A DNA stretch of 64,000 bases, taken from assembly GCA_951406725.2 (NCBI GenBank), contig OX597835.1, forward strand, positions 33,108,001-33,172,000. Direction: 5' to 3'. The DNA is from Octopus vulgaris (taxonomy: Eukaryota). Position 1 is the first letter of the stretch. Each line of letters opens with the position of its first letter. Below are positions 15,040 through 28,137 of this stretch, piece after piece. The translations under genes and the position numbers were made by a program. Under the pieces are notes generated by a model. That model saw nothing but the letters and a program-made list of their open reading frames with translations, was not told the origin of the DNA and made no database searches.

Positions 15040-15650
15040 GTACAGGGTGTCACCAAAAGTAACTAGAAGGAAATACGAAAACAAATGAATTAAATACGCA
15101 AATAACGAGAGAAAAAAGGTCAAGTCATTGATAGACTGACCCTTCATCAGTTTTCAGCTGTCTGTCTACTCTCCATTTTGAACAAATGACAGTTATGAGT
15201 CTTCGAAGACAGTTACTCCTATAAATACCAAAATATAATTTTGGATTTATGGAGGGTCAAGGTTAGGAATAAAAACAGAACAGTGGAGACATACAGGCAA
15301 AATGAACGAAAACAAAGATGGAGGGTCGTTAGACGTGAACGAGGGGAAAATAATGAACGCTGAGAAAAAATTTTTCACTGAAAAGAGAAAAGAAGATAGA
15401 GAGAGAGAGAAAAGAAACGTCCAGTTCGTAAAATGTCCGTGTAGAAAAGAAGGTCATGTGAGGAAAAGAAAGATGGGCGATGGGCACGTGTGAGCAACGA
15501 GTGAGAGAACAAAATAGAGAGATAGATCGAGACAGATAGAAAACGGTGAAAGGGAGGAAAAAAGCAATTAGAGAGAATAGGGGGAAAAGACTATAGAGTA
15601 GGGTCGCATCAGAAAGTTTAAACTTACTTGGAAATAATAGAAACACCCCC
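15040..15650 (-). mobile_element. (TA)n-embedded ~600-bp element, family G copy 1 (probable PLE pLTR derivative)
   Basis: Homologous over its length to 19425-20027 in opposite orientation. Decayed HHR-like ctgtct TCGAAGA...agacag at 15162-15212. Confidence 0.6.
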
Positions 15651-15655
15651 ATATA

Positions 15656-15709
<54 letters not shown>

Positions 15710-16259
15710 TATATATATATTATTTATATTATATAGAAGATAGATAGTTAAATAGATAGATAAATAGGACCACACACGAACACATGCACACACAGACTCA
15801 CACACCCACACACACATATAGACGCATACAAACATCTAACGAAATCCATATATCTAATGTGCAGGCCATTCCATATATATATATATAAACTAGTAGTAGC
15901 CATAGAAATTCCAAGGTTATTTTGAATGCTGTAAAATTGTTGGATGTTTGTAGAGAACAATATGAAATATATCATTTCTTTTGATACAGTATTTTGTTTG
16001 GAACATTTTGGTTTTTGAGTTGATATAGTAGCCAATATTGGCAGTATTGAATATACAGTCTTAAGTGACAACCACTCTGACATGCTGTCATCACCTCTTC
16101 CAAGGTATTTGTTGTATTCATTTATTTTTTTCCTTTTTGTTCAATTTAAGACAAGTAAACAGTTCTAAAGATGGAGTGAAACCAAAGACAAAAGTTTTCT
16201 ATGAGACTATTCTGCGATTGTAATACTGCGTTGATAATAATTCAACAACTAATAGTAGA

Positions 16260-16536
16260 CTGGGCAGTGATCTGGCAGAGTTGTTAGCTTGCTAGGCAAA
16301 CTGATGTGCGGCATTTCTGCTGGCGGTACGTTCTGAGTTCAAATTTCACTGCAGTTGACTTTCGATTTTTATCTTTTAAAGGCGTGGCTGGGTGGTTAGA
16401 AGCTTGTTTAGCAATCACACGGTTCCAGGTCCCATTCTATTGTATAGCACCTTGGGCCAGTGGCTTCAACTATATTTTCGGGTCAACCAAGGCATTGTGA
16501 GTGGATTTGGTAGACAGAAACTGAAAGAAGCACGTC

Positions 16537-16538
<2 letters not shown>
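16260..16538 (+). mobile_element. SINE A fragment followed by SINE B 5' half
   Basis: TTCTGAGTTCAAATT, then GGCGTGGCTGGGTGGTTAGAAGC...GATTTGGTAGACAGAAACTGAAAGAAGC. Confidence 0.7.
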
Positions 16539-16580
<42 letters not shown>

Positions 16581-16948
16581 TTCTGCCACTCTAAATCATA
16601 GTAGGCTTTACGTATTCATTCTGCTACAAATATCAAAAAGAAGAAATGTAAGTAAGTCTCTTGCAGTAAGGAAAAATTCGCTAAAAGGTTAAGTGGAATA
16701 TCCTGTATGTTGAAAATCTATATGGTCGTATACTCCTTGGAGGGCGGCTTATTTCATATCGATGTAATGTCTGCATTTATCGATTAAATGGAGCCACTTG
16801 AAACGGCCGTAATGCATTAATACCTGGACATCCTTGTTAGTTATTTGCTTTTTATTCACCTAACCTCAAGCCGTGCGGACAATACTGGACAGACTTGGAG
16901 CCTCAAATTTAGAACCTAATTCAACTGAATCTTAATTATTTCTTTATT

Positions 16949-17005
<57 letters not shown>

Positions 17006-17103
17006 GCGGGGTGGCGTTATTTGAAGGCTAAAACAATGCGAAGCGTATTGTGACCAGCGATGTGTAGCAACATCTCATATCCTGGTCGGTGACAGTGACG
17101 GTG

Positions 17104-17155
<52 letters not shown>

Positions 17156-17169
17156 CGAGAGAGAGTTGT

Positions 17170-17395
17170 GTGTTTGCATCTGTCCCACGCCATTACCACA
17201 TTAGAACCGGCCCTGGTGTGTTTACGTGTCTTTAATTTAGCGGTTGGTAATATAGACAGATAGAATATGTACTAGGCTTAAAAAGTAAGCCCTGTCGTCG
17301 ATTTTGTCGTCTAAAACCCTCCAAGAAAGTGCTCAAGAATGGCTGCAGTCAAATGACTGAAAGAAAGGAATAAAAGAAATAAAGGAATAAAAGAA
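17170..17395 (+). mobile_element. SINE family B 3' half
   Basis: GGTGTGTTTACGT...GCAGTCAAATGACTGAAA. Confidence 0.7.
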
Positions 17396-18977
17396 TGCAT
17401 TCTTATATTCCTGCCGAAAGGTCATACGACTGGACTTCAACCCGCAGCTCATTTGCTAAGTGCTGCTGAGAAGAAAGGATCGTGACAAGCATACGCAAAC
17501 AATATGTAAAATCAGGTACTATATAAAAGATAAAAGCATGAAATTATTCGTATCACTTCCGGTTGCGCATTAAAGTATTTTTTCAATGGATAAAGGACTT
17601 TTTGTCGATTTTATCTATATTACATTTGGTGGGATGTGTTTCAGAATTTGTAAATACAGGAAGAGAGGATGAGCAAACCTTATTACCAATCACTACAAAG
17701 GTTTTGGCGCATCAGTATCAGCTGGTAATTGCTGAAAGTTACAAATACACTTTATTGCATTGCACATCTCCAGCTGAGTCCGACGCGCTGTTAGATCATC
17801 TTTAATTTCTCCTTGTATGAAATAATGAGAAACTAAAGAAGATCTAGCACTATTTCGACCCTACTCACCTTAGTACCTGCTTGTATACTGCTAATGTTGA
17901 ATTATATTAATATAATAATCTACTATATAAGTGGGAAATTTTGTCTGTGGGTGTGGTTGTAGATTTCTTTAAATAGCAAAAGGCCAAATATATTTTTTAG
18001 TTTTTTATTAATATTACACATGTTTTCGCGTTTGCATGTGTGTTAGATAGGCAGATATATTACTGAAGCTCATTGTTTACATATATTTATATATTTATTT
18101 ATCCTCCTATTTAGCACTCTATCTCTCTATCTATCTATTTGTCTGTCTATCTATCTATACATACATAAATGTGTGTGTGTATGTTTATTCCTTTTTCATC
18201 TCATTTTCTTATTTCGGACCTGTACTCGATTAACGTCCCGTTCTTAATCGTAGATCGAGTTTTACACCAGGCTATTAGCTTCACAATACCTAAGCGACAT
18301 GTATGTATGTATGTATGTATGTATGTATGTATGTATATATATATATATTCCTCCCCAAAGCATCTACGGGTGCCAGTCAACACTAGTATTGTTAGGTATA
18401 AGAGTCAAAACAACTCATAGCCACATTTACATACCGTCTTATTTACTTAGAGGGTCCTGAATAGCGCCCTCAGGCGCTTTAGTGCCGTATTTATGTTTGC
18501 CTTTCGGTTGAAATATTGCTAACAAACCACCCTTGTTATTTATAATTCAACATTTACATTACACACACACACATATATTTATATGTATATATGATCTCTA
18601 TGAATGTTGGTGTGTATATTAGTGTGTTTAAAACTTGAAATGAAGTTTATTTAATGTAATACAACGGTTCAACAAGTACACATGCAGAAGTAAGTGCCAA
18701 GCATTGAAATAATTACTGAGGTCGATACGCTTGAGTAAACCTTTGGAAGCAGTGCTGCTCTAGCTTGGCTATGATCCAATATGCGGTAAAGGGGAAAATA
18801 AAAACCATGCTTAATTAAATTTGTATATTGTTATTACAACTGCAAAAATTACCGCATTACAGTTACACAAATGTTTGATACAACTAAATATTTAGTTACA
18901 TCTTGACTTATGCTTAAATTTTATTTGTGAATACACACATACATACACACACACACATAAAAGTATGTGTACATATA

Positions 18978-19055
<78 letters not shown>

Positions 19056-19091
19056 ATGTACTTTATTTTAAAGCAGCAGGAATATAACAAA

Positions 19092-19133
19092 AGCTGTTAC
19101 TTGGAGTTTCACGTTCCCGTTCGTCGGTCAGTT
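19092..19133 (-). ncRNA. Minimal hammerhead variant (core CCGACGA)
   Basis: Minus strand: actga CCGACGA ACG-GGAA-CGT GAAAC TCCAA GTA acagc; stem I extends with taaca/tgtta. Confidence 0.55.
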
Positions 19134-19282
19134 ATGTTAAAATAGAATCGAAATAACAATTTGAACAAAACTAGCTAAAGCAGGTATTTGAGTACTCTTT
19201 TTTCCACCTTGTTTCAATTTATGTGCTTACTCCGGTATATATAAATATATATAAAGATATATATACATATATACATACATAT

Positions 19283-19355
<73 letters not shown>

Positions 19356-19424
19356 TATATATATGCATGTATGTATATATATTTATATATGCGTATATAT
19401 ATGTTATATTATTAATTGGTTGTA

Positions 19425-20024
19425 CGCCACGTATCCATTTCCAAGTAAGTTTATCTTAACCTTTTTGAAGCGACTAAACTCCATACTCTTTTCTCCTATC
19501 ATCCTTCTCAAATTCCCTAATACTCCCCTCTACCGTTTTCTATGTCTCTCTCTCTTCCCTTCTTTCTCTTATTCTCTCTCTGGTTGGTCGCACGTGACCA
19601 TCGTCCATCTTTCCTTTCCTCACGTGACTATCTTTCCTTTCCACAACAACGTCCCAAAGACTGGACATCTATCTCTCTCTTCTATGTTTTCTATTTTCAA
19701 AGAAAATATTTCTCTCAGCGTTCGCTATACATCCCTCGTCCTGGCCTACCGACCCTCCATGATTGTTTTACTTCGGTTTCTTTGTATATCTCCACTGTCC
19801 TGTTTTTATTCCCAACTTTGATCCTCCATAAATCCAAAATTCTATTGTAGTGTTTATGGGAGCAACTGTCTTTGAAGACTGCTATTGAGGAGTAGACAGA
19901 TCGCCGACAACAAATGAGGGGTGGTTCTTTATGTTACTTTTCCTGGTTTCCATGTTTTTCTCTCGTTGTTTACATTTTTAACTCATTTGCTTTCGTATCT
20001 CATGTTGTTTACTATTGGTGACGT

Positions 20025-20027
<3 letters not shown>
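19425..20027 (+). mobile_element. (TA)n-embedded element, family G copy 2
   Basis: Homologous to the reverse complement of 15040-15650 (e.g. CCTCCATAAATCCAAAATT). Confidence 0.6.
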
Positions 20028-20095
<68 letters not shown>

Positions 20096-20210
20096 GTATG
20101 TATGTATATACATATGTGTCTGTACATGTATATAAGTATATATATTTATGTATATACATATGTGTGTGTACATGTATATATATATGTATATATATATATA
20201 TATGTGTATA

Positions 20211-20249
<39 letters not shown>

Positions 20250-20772
20250 GCACACACGCACATACTAGCAAACACAGATATATATATATATTTACTTGTA
20301 TATACAGAAAATTTTACATGCTTCCCGTTCTTGTAGCGAAATAATTATTTTATATTGTAAGATAAAATTCAAATGTACTTAAATGAACGCAGTATGCGCG
20401 AGACAAAGAACGAGAGGAGGAAAGTGTGAGAATAAGGAAATTACATAACCAAAGATACAATGACGCCATAAATTTTCCTATGTCGAAATATTTTCTTCTT
20501 TGTATTTTGTTCGTGTTTTATTCTCTCGTTTTTCTCTTCTTTCTACACTCTCCCTTTCTTTGTATCTACGAGTTGTATTACAAAAATTCGAGACATTTTT
20601 AGCTGAGACCGTTATTACAGCGCTAGGTTTGTGTAATTTCAGTACACAATTACTATACATCTAATAAGCTGACGTGCCCGCTTTTTTTAATTGCAGGTTC
20701 TAGGATATGGCTGTAACAATCCTTTGAATACACCCTAATAAACACTGCTCCACACAACTGACTAGTTTGCAG

Positions 20773-20930
20773 AATGCAATTGGGACTTAAAGAAAATTTG
20801 AAAGCTACCCATGTAATAAAGTTTTGTATTAAACTGAAGAATAACAGAATAGAAACCGATGGATTGATTCAGATTCTTAGCAATTAACTTGTTTGAGTCG
20901 AACATCTGTTTTCCCAAGCACAAAGGGTAT
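20773..20930 (+). pseudogene. Mariner transposase N-terminal HTH remnant
   Basis: HVIKFCIKLKNNRIETDGLIQ then frameshifted CLSRTSVF; resembles mariner R.VIKFC....ET...IQ...CLSR..VF. Confidence 0.55.
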
Positions 20931-21000
20931 GTTTCCATAGAGTGACACATGAACTTGACAGAAATAAGGGTTAATATACATTTATTTATTTATCTTATAT

Positions 21001-21473
21001 ATGTTTCAGTCATTTGACTACTGCCATACTGGAGCAGCTCCTTCAAGGATTTTAGTCGAACAAATCGCCCCTAAGACTTACATTTTTAAAGACAAATTCT
21101 CTAAAAATTCTATCGGTCCCTTTTACCGAACCGTTATGTAACGCGGACATAAACACACACGCACATACATATATACATGCATTCATACATATATACATTC
21201 AAACATACATACATAGACACATATATATATATACATACAATCACACACACACACACACACATATGTAGATATATATCCTTGTTTGTTTTAAATCGATGCT
21301 AGCCACCTTGATCATTTTATATATATATATATATATACCAGATTCACTCACAAGGCTTTGGTCGGGCCGAGGTTATGGTAAAACACATTTGCCCAAGGTG
21401 CCACACAGTGGGACTGAACCCAGGATCATGTGGTTGGGAAGCAAGCTACTTATCACACAGCCGCGCCTGCGCC
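21001..21473 (-). mobile_element. SINE family B, split by a microsatellite
   Basis: TGCCCAAGGTGCCACACAGTGGGACTGAACC...CAGCCGCGCCTGCGCC and TGTTTCAGTCATTTGACT. Confidence 0.75.
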
Positions 21474-22263
21474 TAAATCTATTTATTTATTATATTCTTA
21501 TTTATCATAGTATTACAGGTTTTTCAGATATGCTTTTATGTGCGTTTATGGGTGAATCTTATCAATGGATCGATTGATCGACTGAAAATATAGGGACACA
21601 ATAGACCGAAGCTATATACCTCAGCGCCAAAACAAATTTATAGCAAATGACTAGAAGACAAATGAAAGGAAGGCCTATGGTCAACGTGGTATTTTTTATA
21701 TAGTAGCTGCTTATCTACATGTGCTCATCAAACTTATCTGAGGTTCTATTTAAATCTGAAAACATTTTGTTGGCCTGATGTATTTGTGTTTGCAGAGAGA
21801 TTTCAAACAATTTTTCCCGGATTGTTGTTAATCTCTGATTTATAATTATATACACATTATATATATATATAGTACAAATTAAGATAGGGGTTGTGGATGT
21901 AACCCACTATGGGATATCATTTACCCAATATACTGTTGGTAAAGTACCCAAATTCTTAATACATAAATGCTTTTAATTGCAATGTAATTAATTCATTTAT
22001 TGTATTAAACTGGTGAAGGTAAAGAAATGAAAATTAGATTCACTTTTGACCATAAGCTGAAACAGCTGTAATGAAGTAATTTCTGGATTTCAATAATTTA
22101 TAATATGACTTTTAAAATCTGTATTTGTATTATTATCTTATCGATTTATATAATATTTTGTATGCTTTTGATGTTCTCATTTGTAAAATGAATAAATAAT
22201 CTAACATTATAATATCCATAAGTTCATGAACAAACTAAATTTGTTTCTCCAGTTTCTTATATT

Positions 22264-22312
<49 letters not shown>

Positions 22313-22522
22313 CGCTGGTGGCAAAGAAATTCTACAAAATTTTTTTGCCACCTATATTGATTAATTATGAATTTTCTGGTTAATTCCGTAATGGAATCGG
22401 CGGCTTATATTTATTTGCTGCCGATAAATTTGGCGCGAGTGCGATGATTTGAAAATTTTAGGTCAGATATTGCCGAGGCAGGGACAGAAGTGCCTCGTGA
22501 AAATATCTGTTCCGATCTGGCT

Positions 22523-22629
22523 ATTTCTTACTGACGAATCTAACGGCCTATGGAAGATTGGCTTGATTTAATTTAATCAGGTTAGTTTACCATTAAACAA
22601 TAGATGAAACGGTGCATCGTATAAGAAAT
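22523..22629 (+). ncRNA. Canonical type I hammerhead ribozyme; predicted cleavage after GUA at 22621
   Basis: atttctta CTGACGA ATCTA..(hairpin insert)..TAGAT GAAAC GGTGCATC GTA taagaaat: perfect 8-bp stem I, 5-bp stem II base, quasi-palindromic stem III. Confidence 0.8.
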
Positions 22630-22755
22630 TACAGGGTAAATGTTTTTTAAAATTTTCTCCTGGTTTGCGGAATTGATGTTATTTTGCGGTTGAAGCTTTG
22701 GCTGTTATTTCTAGTGGGTGAATGGCCTATTATGGCCGTTCCTTGATTGTGATGT

Positions 22756-22804
<49 letters not shown>

Positions 22805-22878
22805 TATATATATATATATGCATACATACATATATATGTATGTATTTATATGAATATATTTCCGTATGATTATAAAGT

Positions 22879-22920
<42 letters not shown>

Positions 22921-23484
22921 GGGAGTTGGAAACGAACAAATAATGAATCCTAGGTGTTAGGAATTTATTTGTATTTTAGAAAATTTCGCATGATTTAATC
23001 AGACATTTATAACTGTTACGATGTATCCTGCGCATTGACGATAATATTATGCGCACATCGAAACAGCTATAAAGGTCTGAATATATCATGTAAAATTACG
23101 TAACAACTCATGTAAATATTCCATACGTTTGTGATTGTCCGTTCTTCACTGTTTATTGATATTCGTTCAAAGCTCTTCTATCCAAATTCACCTGCTTTTA
23201 TTTGTGTGTTTACCATACCTGAAAAAACTGGATTTTTCAGAATTTGAATATCCTGGCATTAATCACAGTGACTATTTATTTCAGAGTAAGCATCTTTATG
23301 TCCAATGTATAGACACACGCAAACCCATATATCATGGATTTTCCAAAGTGTTTGTTTCCAAAACTTTTCGGCATTTACTGAAGTTTTCTAACCAGGGCTG
23401 TTCACCATGGGCCACAGACACTAAATTAAACAAATATTAAATTTACTTAAATAATTCAATCAAATACAGTTACCTAAATATTAA

Positions 23485-23676
23485 GGGAAAGTTTACGAAA
23501 ATAAACAAAAGACGAAGGCAGGTGGAGTACAAACAAACAAATGTATAGCGCTTAGGAATAGAAAAAGTCTTTTACGTTTCGAACCTACGCTCTTCGAGAG
23601 AAAGATACACAGAAAAAAAACAGGGAGAGAAACAAGGAGAGAAAAAAATGCGTGTAGGAGCTAACGATCTATCATG
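23485..23676 (-). mobile_element. Family E mini-element copy 1, with HHR-like motif at 23568-23605
   Basis: Highly similar to 33551-33736 and 61691-61888. Confidence 0.7.
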
Positions 23677-24178
23677 TCGTCCTTAAGGGATAGAAGTGTT
23701 TCCGGATTATCAATGTCCAGAAACTCGGTGTTGTACTCTGCGTATGTCTGTGAGTGTATATGTGTGTGTGCGTGTGTTTTACTGACGTCACATCTATAGG
23801 AGCTGTGATTGGTTACACATGGGCTGCCTTCATCCTTTTGTATCCAAAAGTTTTTTCAGTCAAATATCCAATGCTTACATGCCATTAATTATAGATTTAT
23901 AAGCTTCAAGGTCGAGCCACCATTCCAAACCAGAATTATATATATAAATATGTATGTACATATAAGTATACACACACACACACATACACACATATATGTA
24001 TATATATGTCGGTATATGTGTACATTTGTGTGTGCGTTTGCATGCATATAAGTATAAGTATATGTATGTATACATTCATACACATACTTCACTGTTTGTT
24101 AATGAGTACCAAACATATTGCATAGAATATATCATGAAAACCAAGCCAAGAGAGGAAGAATACAGTTATACACACACA

Positions 24179-24245
<67 letters not shown>

Positions 24246-25660
24246 ACAAAATTTATGCAGATATTTTTCGAAGTGTATTTCCATACACTTGTGGAACTTT
24301 CCTACTTCAGATCATGTTCCTATCTAGATTTATATTCATATGTATGCATGATAACTTTCTTGGGAAAATGGATATGTTTTTTTTTGTTCCTTGATTCTAC
24401 GTATATATATATGTTGATAACAGCGTATGTATTTGTTTATACTCGTGTAAGAGAAAGAAAGTTTGTCTGTGTACGTGGAGACAAGAAAACATATGTTTGG
24501 AAGTTTATATGCATATGTACAGCATATAATATAAAATCCATACATGGATTTATTCATATACTCATGAGCATTACTAGAATCAAATTTATACCCGTTTCAT
24601 AAAAATCAACCATGCTGAAAACATCAGGTTTCTTATGTAAGAACAAGCCTCTGCATTGAATGCAACAGACATTTATTCTTAAAAGCGATGTATGTATTAA
24701 AAAAAAAATTCCTAAATATTTTTTCCATATTTTGTACACTTTCAGTCTTTCATATCGTATATGTATTCTTTAATAATTCTACCTCGATATTGTCGTTATT
24801 ATTGTAGCTGAGGGTAGATGTGGGTGGGTATTTTCTCTCTATGTTGTTTTATCTGGCTTTGCATTAAAATGTAGCTAAGAGCTTGAATACAGGTTAATAT
24901 TGAAGCGATCTGTGAAGGATATTACTGTTATGGCTACGATTACTGAATGACCTGGTATTAATGCATAAAATATCATAAGAAAAAGGCATGAACGTTGAAA
25001 AATCCCATTCATTCTCCATTTGAAATACTTTTCCAACACTGTGTTGTTCTGGTTACGTAAAAGCAAATCAATACCATGTCAGAAGTCTTCAGAATTGGTC
25101 GAACATAAAACAGCAATGTTAGAAAACTATATATCTTTCACACAGACATGCGATGATGGAAGCACATCTTGGCGTTGTTACATTATAAATCTTACAAACC
25201 AATATTCTTTGAATGATCTCTGTGGAATGATTTCTCAAACACTGACGTGCGAAGAATTCTTGTCTTCACTGACCATGCCACTTAACATATTGTCTCACTA
25301 TCTGTACGCTCCTACGCGTAGCAGCTGTGTGTTTCAATATACGCATATCCAAATAAGAATATATACAGAACTACATATAACGGTTGTGTGCGATTATGTT
25401 TATATATGTGTATATGTATATAGTAATGTATTTATTCCCTTCAGCGGCAACCATATGATGTAATTTTTATATAAACTTTATATTTCTATCTTGTTGCAAT
25501 TTTTTAAATATATTTTAATATTTTTAATTCTGTTGCTACGAGTAACAGTATATGAACATACACACATACGTGCGTATGTATGCATATAGGTACGTATATA
25601 GATATATATATAGTTATGTGTTTATGTATGCATTTGTTCATATATATATATATATATATG

Positions 25661-26000
25661 TCTTATATAATATCCGTTCTGTGTGTGTGTGTGTGTGTGT
25701 GTGTGGTTTCTAGGATCTCGGGCATCTTCCATCCGATTGCGCTCAAATTTGATATCTAGATACTGACGGTATCAGGGCATGTATAAGTCTTGAAAAAATT
25801 AGAAAAATCGATTCCAGGTGAGAATGCGATCGATAAAGCCGTTGGAATAGAAAAAAGTCTATCTTTATTTCTTCTTTTGCTGGTGTCTCAAATTTAGGTT
25901 AAGCAGTGTTTCTCAAAGGAGAGGCCTAGTTGTTTTGAGAAAATTTGGTTTAAATGTTTGACAACTCAACACCGTCCATTGCACGGGGAGCGTTTTGCTC

Positions 26001-26001
<1 letters not shown>
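25661..26001 (+). mobile_element. Non-autonomous Helitron-like element
   Basis: 5' TCTTATATAA, internal (GT)n, CCGATTGCGCTCAAATTTG, and a 3' hairpin CCGT-CCATTGC-ACGG followed by CTCG|T (degenerate CTAG|T). Confidence 0.45.
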
Positions 26002-26042
<41 letters not shown>

Positions 26043-26848
26043 TATAATTACATGTGTGTGTATGTGTGTCAATTTAAAAATATGTCATTATCAAAAAATA
26101 AGAATATATTCACCAAAAATCACTCACTCTAAATAACTTTTACTCTGATCAGTTGTCCTGGCACACCTTGTTCAACTACCAGGGTGGTTCGATTAGCTGG
26201 TATTATAAAGCGTAGATAGTACAACAGTTATTCTGGAATTCTTAACTCGTAGTAGTCTGGGTGGTGTGAGTTAATGATTAGAAAATATTAAGAGGGGCTT
26301 CTTTTTAAGAAAGTTTACATGAAAGTGTTCAAAATAGGTAGTAAAATAAATTTATAATTATTCTATGTTCATAAAAAATCATGGCTGTATAAGAAGCTTC
26401 TATACTGAAGGAAATATATTTAAGTATTTATAGAGAATTTTATGGGAATGACCATAGAATTCTGTATAAATACTTAAATCAGATTCTTTCTGTATATATG
26501 CTTCTTTACAATCATGATTTCTGATGAACTTAAAATAATCATGAATATATTTTACTTTACATTTTACTACGTTTTTGAAGACTTTTATGTAAACTGTTTA
26601 AACGAAAAGCCCCTCTCAACATTTTCTTATTGTCAAATATTCTTTTTCTTAACATTTTCTTATCATTATCAAATACTGTATACATGTATTATAATACAAT
26701 TATGATAACCGTTTTTTAACACCAGAAAGCTTATACAAAGCTTTACCTTTTACTTTTGAATTTTTTTTCAATGTGAAACCGGTCAAGTCAATAAACATCT
26801 TTAAATGACGTATGCATTTTCAAATCCCTCTTTATATATATATACTTA

Positions 26849-26899
<51 letters not shown>

Positions 26900-26926
26900 T
26901 ATGTCTCGTTCAGAGATTTATTATTG

Positions 26927-26960
<34 letters not shown>

Positions 26961-27087
26961 AAAATAAAGAGTGAAAAAACTACAGAAGGCTTAAATGTTA
27001 AAAAATATATATATTTGCGTCAATATGTCTGAAGAATATTAGAAAATTAAAAAAAGATTTTTTTTCTCTTATAATGACATAATTTAA

Positions 27088-27126
27088 AAGAAAGACCGGT
27101 TTCGCGTGTAGCTTTTCAAATTTCTT
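27088..27126 (-). ncRNA. Minimal hammerhead, U3-A8 variant (left pLTR)
   Basis: aagaaat TTGAAAA GC-tacac-GC GAAAC CG GTC tttctt. Confidence 0.6.
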
Positions 27127-27391
27127 GCGACGTTATGTTTATGTTGAATATAGTTTTCGTTATGTTTATGTTCAGGAGAGTTCTAAATAAGGGAAGGTAG
27201 TGAGTGATTTCTTCCGGTGTAAGGGAGATAATCGCTTAAATTTTTTTTCCTTTCCCTTGGTGTGAAGTTCTCGCATCAGTATGTTCGGATGGCTGAGTCT
27301 GGGCTTGTACTTTTCAATGAAGAATGTTTCCTTGTTTAGTCTAATTTGTGTTGATGATCCGAAAGCACATTGGTAAAATGATGGTGAAGGC

Positions 27392-27949
27392 TTCACCATC
27401 ATCCCCCAGAATTTACCAATACTTCATAAAGACCCCAAATTAAGGGAAATTCTAAACATACACCAAATCATTAAAAGCTACAAACAGCCTAAATCACTTA
27501 AAAAGATTCTCACAAAGGCAAAATTGTCTTCTGAAATTACGGATGCAAAAGTAAAAAAATTTGGTAGATCGAACTGTGCAACATGCCCTAACCTGCTAGA
27601 AGGATCAGAATTCCTCTTTAAAGGGGGACAGAAATTCAAGATCAAATCTAACTTTACTTGTGCCTCTGAAAACATAATTTATGTCATAAAATGCTCGGGC
27701 TGCCACCAAGACTACGTGGGTTCCACGGGACTATCACTCAGACGTAGATGCACACTGCATCGACAACAAATTGCATTCCCAGAATATAGAATGATACCTT
27801 TTAGTGAGCACATTGAGAAATGCGCAAAGCAACTACTACCACAATTTTTAATCTTTCCATTTTACCAATGTGCTTTCGGATCATCAACACAAATTAGACT
27901 AAACAAGGAAACATTCTTCATTGAAAAGTACAAGCCCAGACTCAACTGA
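27392..27949 (+). CDS. PLE linker plus GIY-YIG endonuclease C-terminal fragment (open frame, no native start)
   Basis: NLPILHKDPKLREIL..SYKQPKSLKKIL..CATC..FTCASENIIYVIKCSGCHQDYVGST..RR..H..EH..C..YKPRLN*. Confidence 0.85.
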   Translation, partial: FTIIPQNLPILHKDPKLREILNIHQIIKSYKQPKSLKKILTKAKLSSEITDAKVKKFGRSNCATCPNLLEGSEFLFKGGQKFKIKSNFTCASENIIYVIKCSGCHQDYVGSTGLSLRRRCTLHRQQIAFPEYRMIPFSEHIEKCAKQLLPQFLIFPFYQCAFGSSTQIRLNKETFFIEKYKPRLN

Positions 27950-28098
27950 TGCGAGAACTTCACACCAAGGGAAAGGAAAAAAATTTTAAGCGATTATCTC
28001 CCTTACACCGGAAGAAATCACTCACTACCTTCCCTTATTTAGAACTCTCCTGAACATAAACATAACGAAAACTCTATTCAACATAAACATAACGTCGC

Positions 28099-28137
28099 AA
28101 GAAATTTGAAAAGCTAAACGCGAAACCGGTCTTTCTT
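28099..28137 (+). ncRNA. Minimal hammerhead, U3-A8 variant (right pLTR)
   Basis: aagaaat TTGAAAA GC-taaac-GC GAAAC CG GTC tttctt; palindromic stem III ACCGGT. Confidence 0.6.

Noticed and set aside
20697-20926. Apparent exon (ttgcag acceptor, gtatgt donor)
   Set aside because: Stops in all three frames; better explained as a mariner HTH remnant.
23135-23440. 101-aa ORF, and a splice-like minus-strand segment
   Set aside because: No recognisable domain; the minus-strand frames all contain stops.
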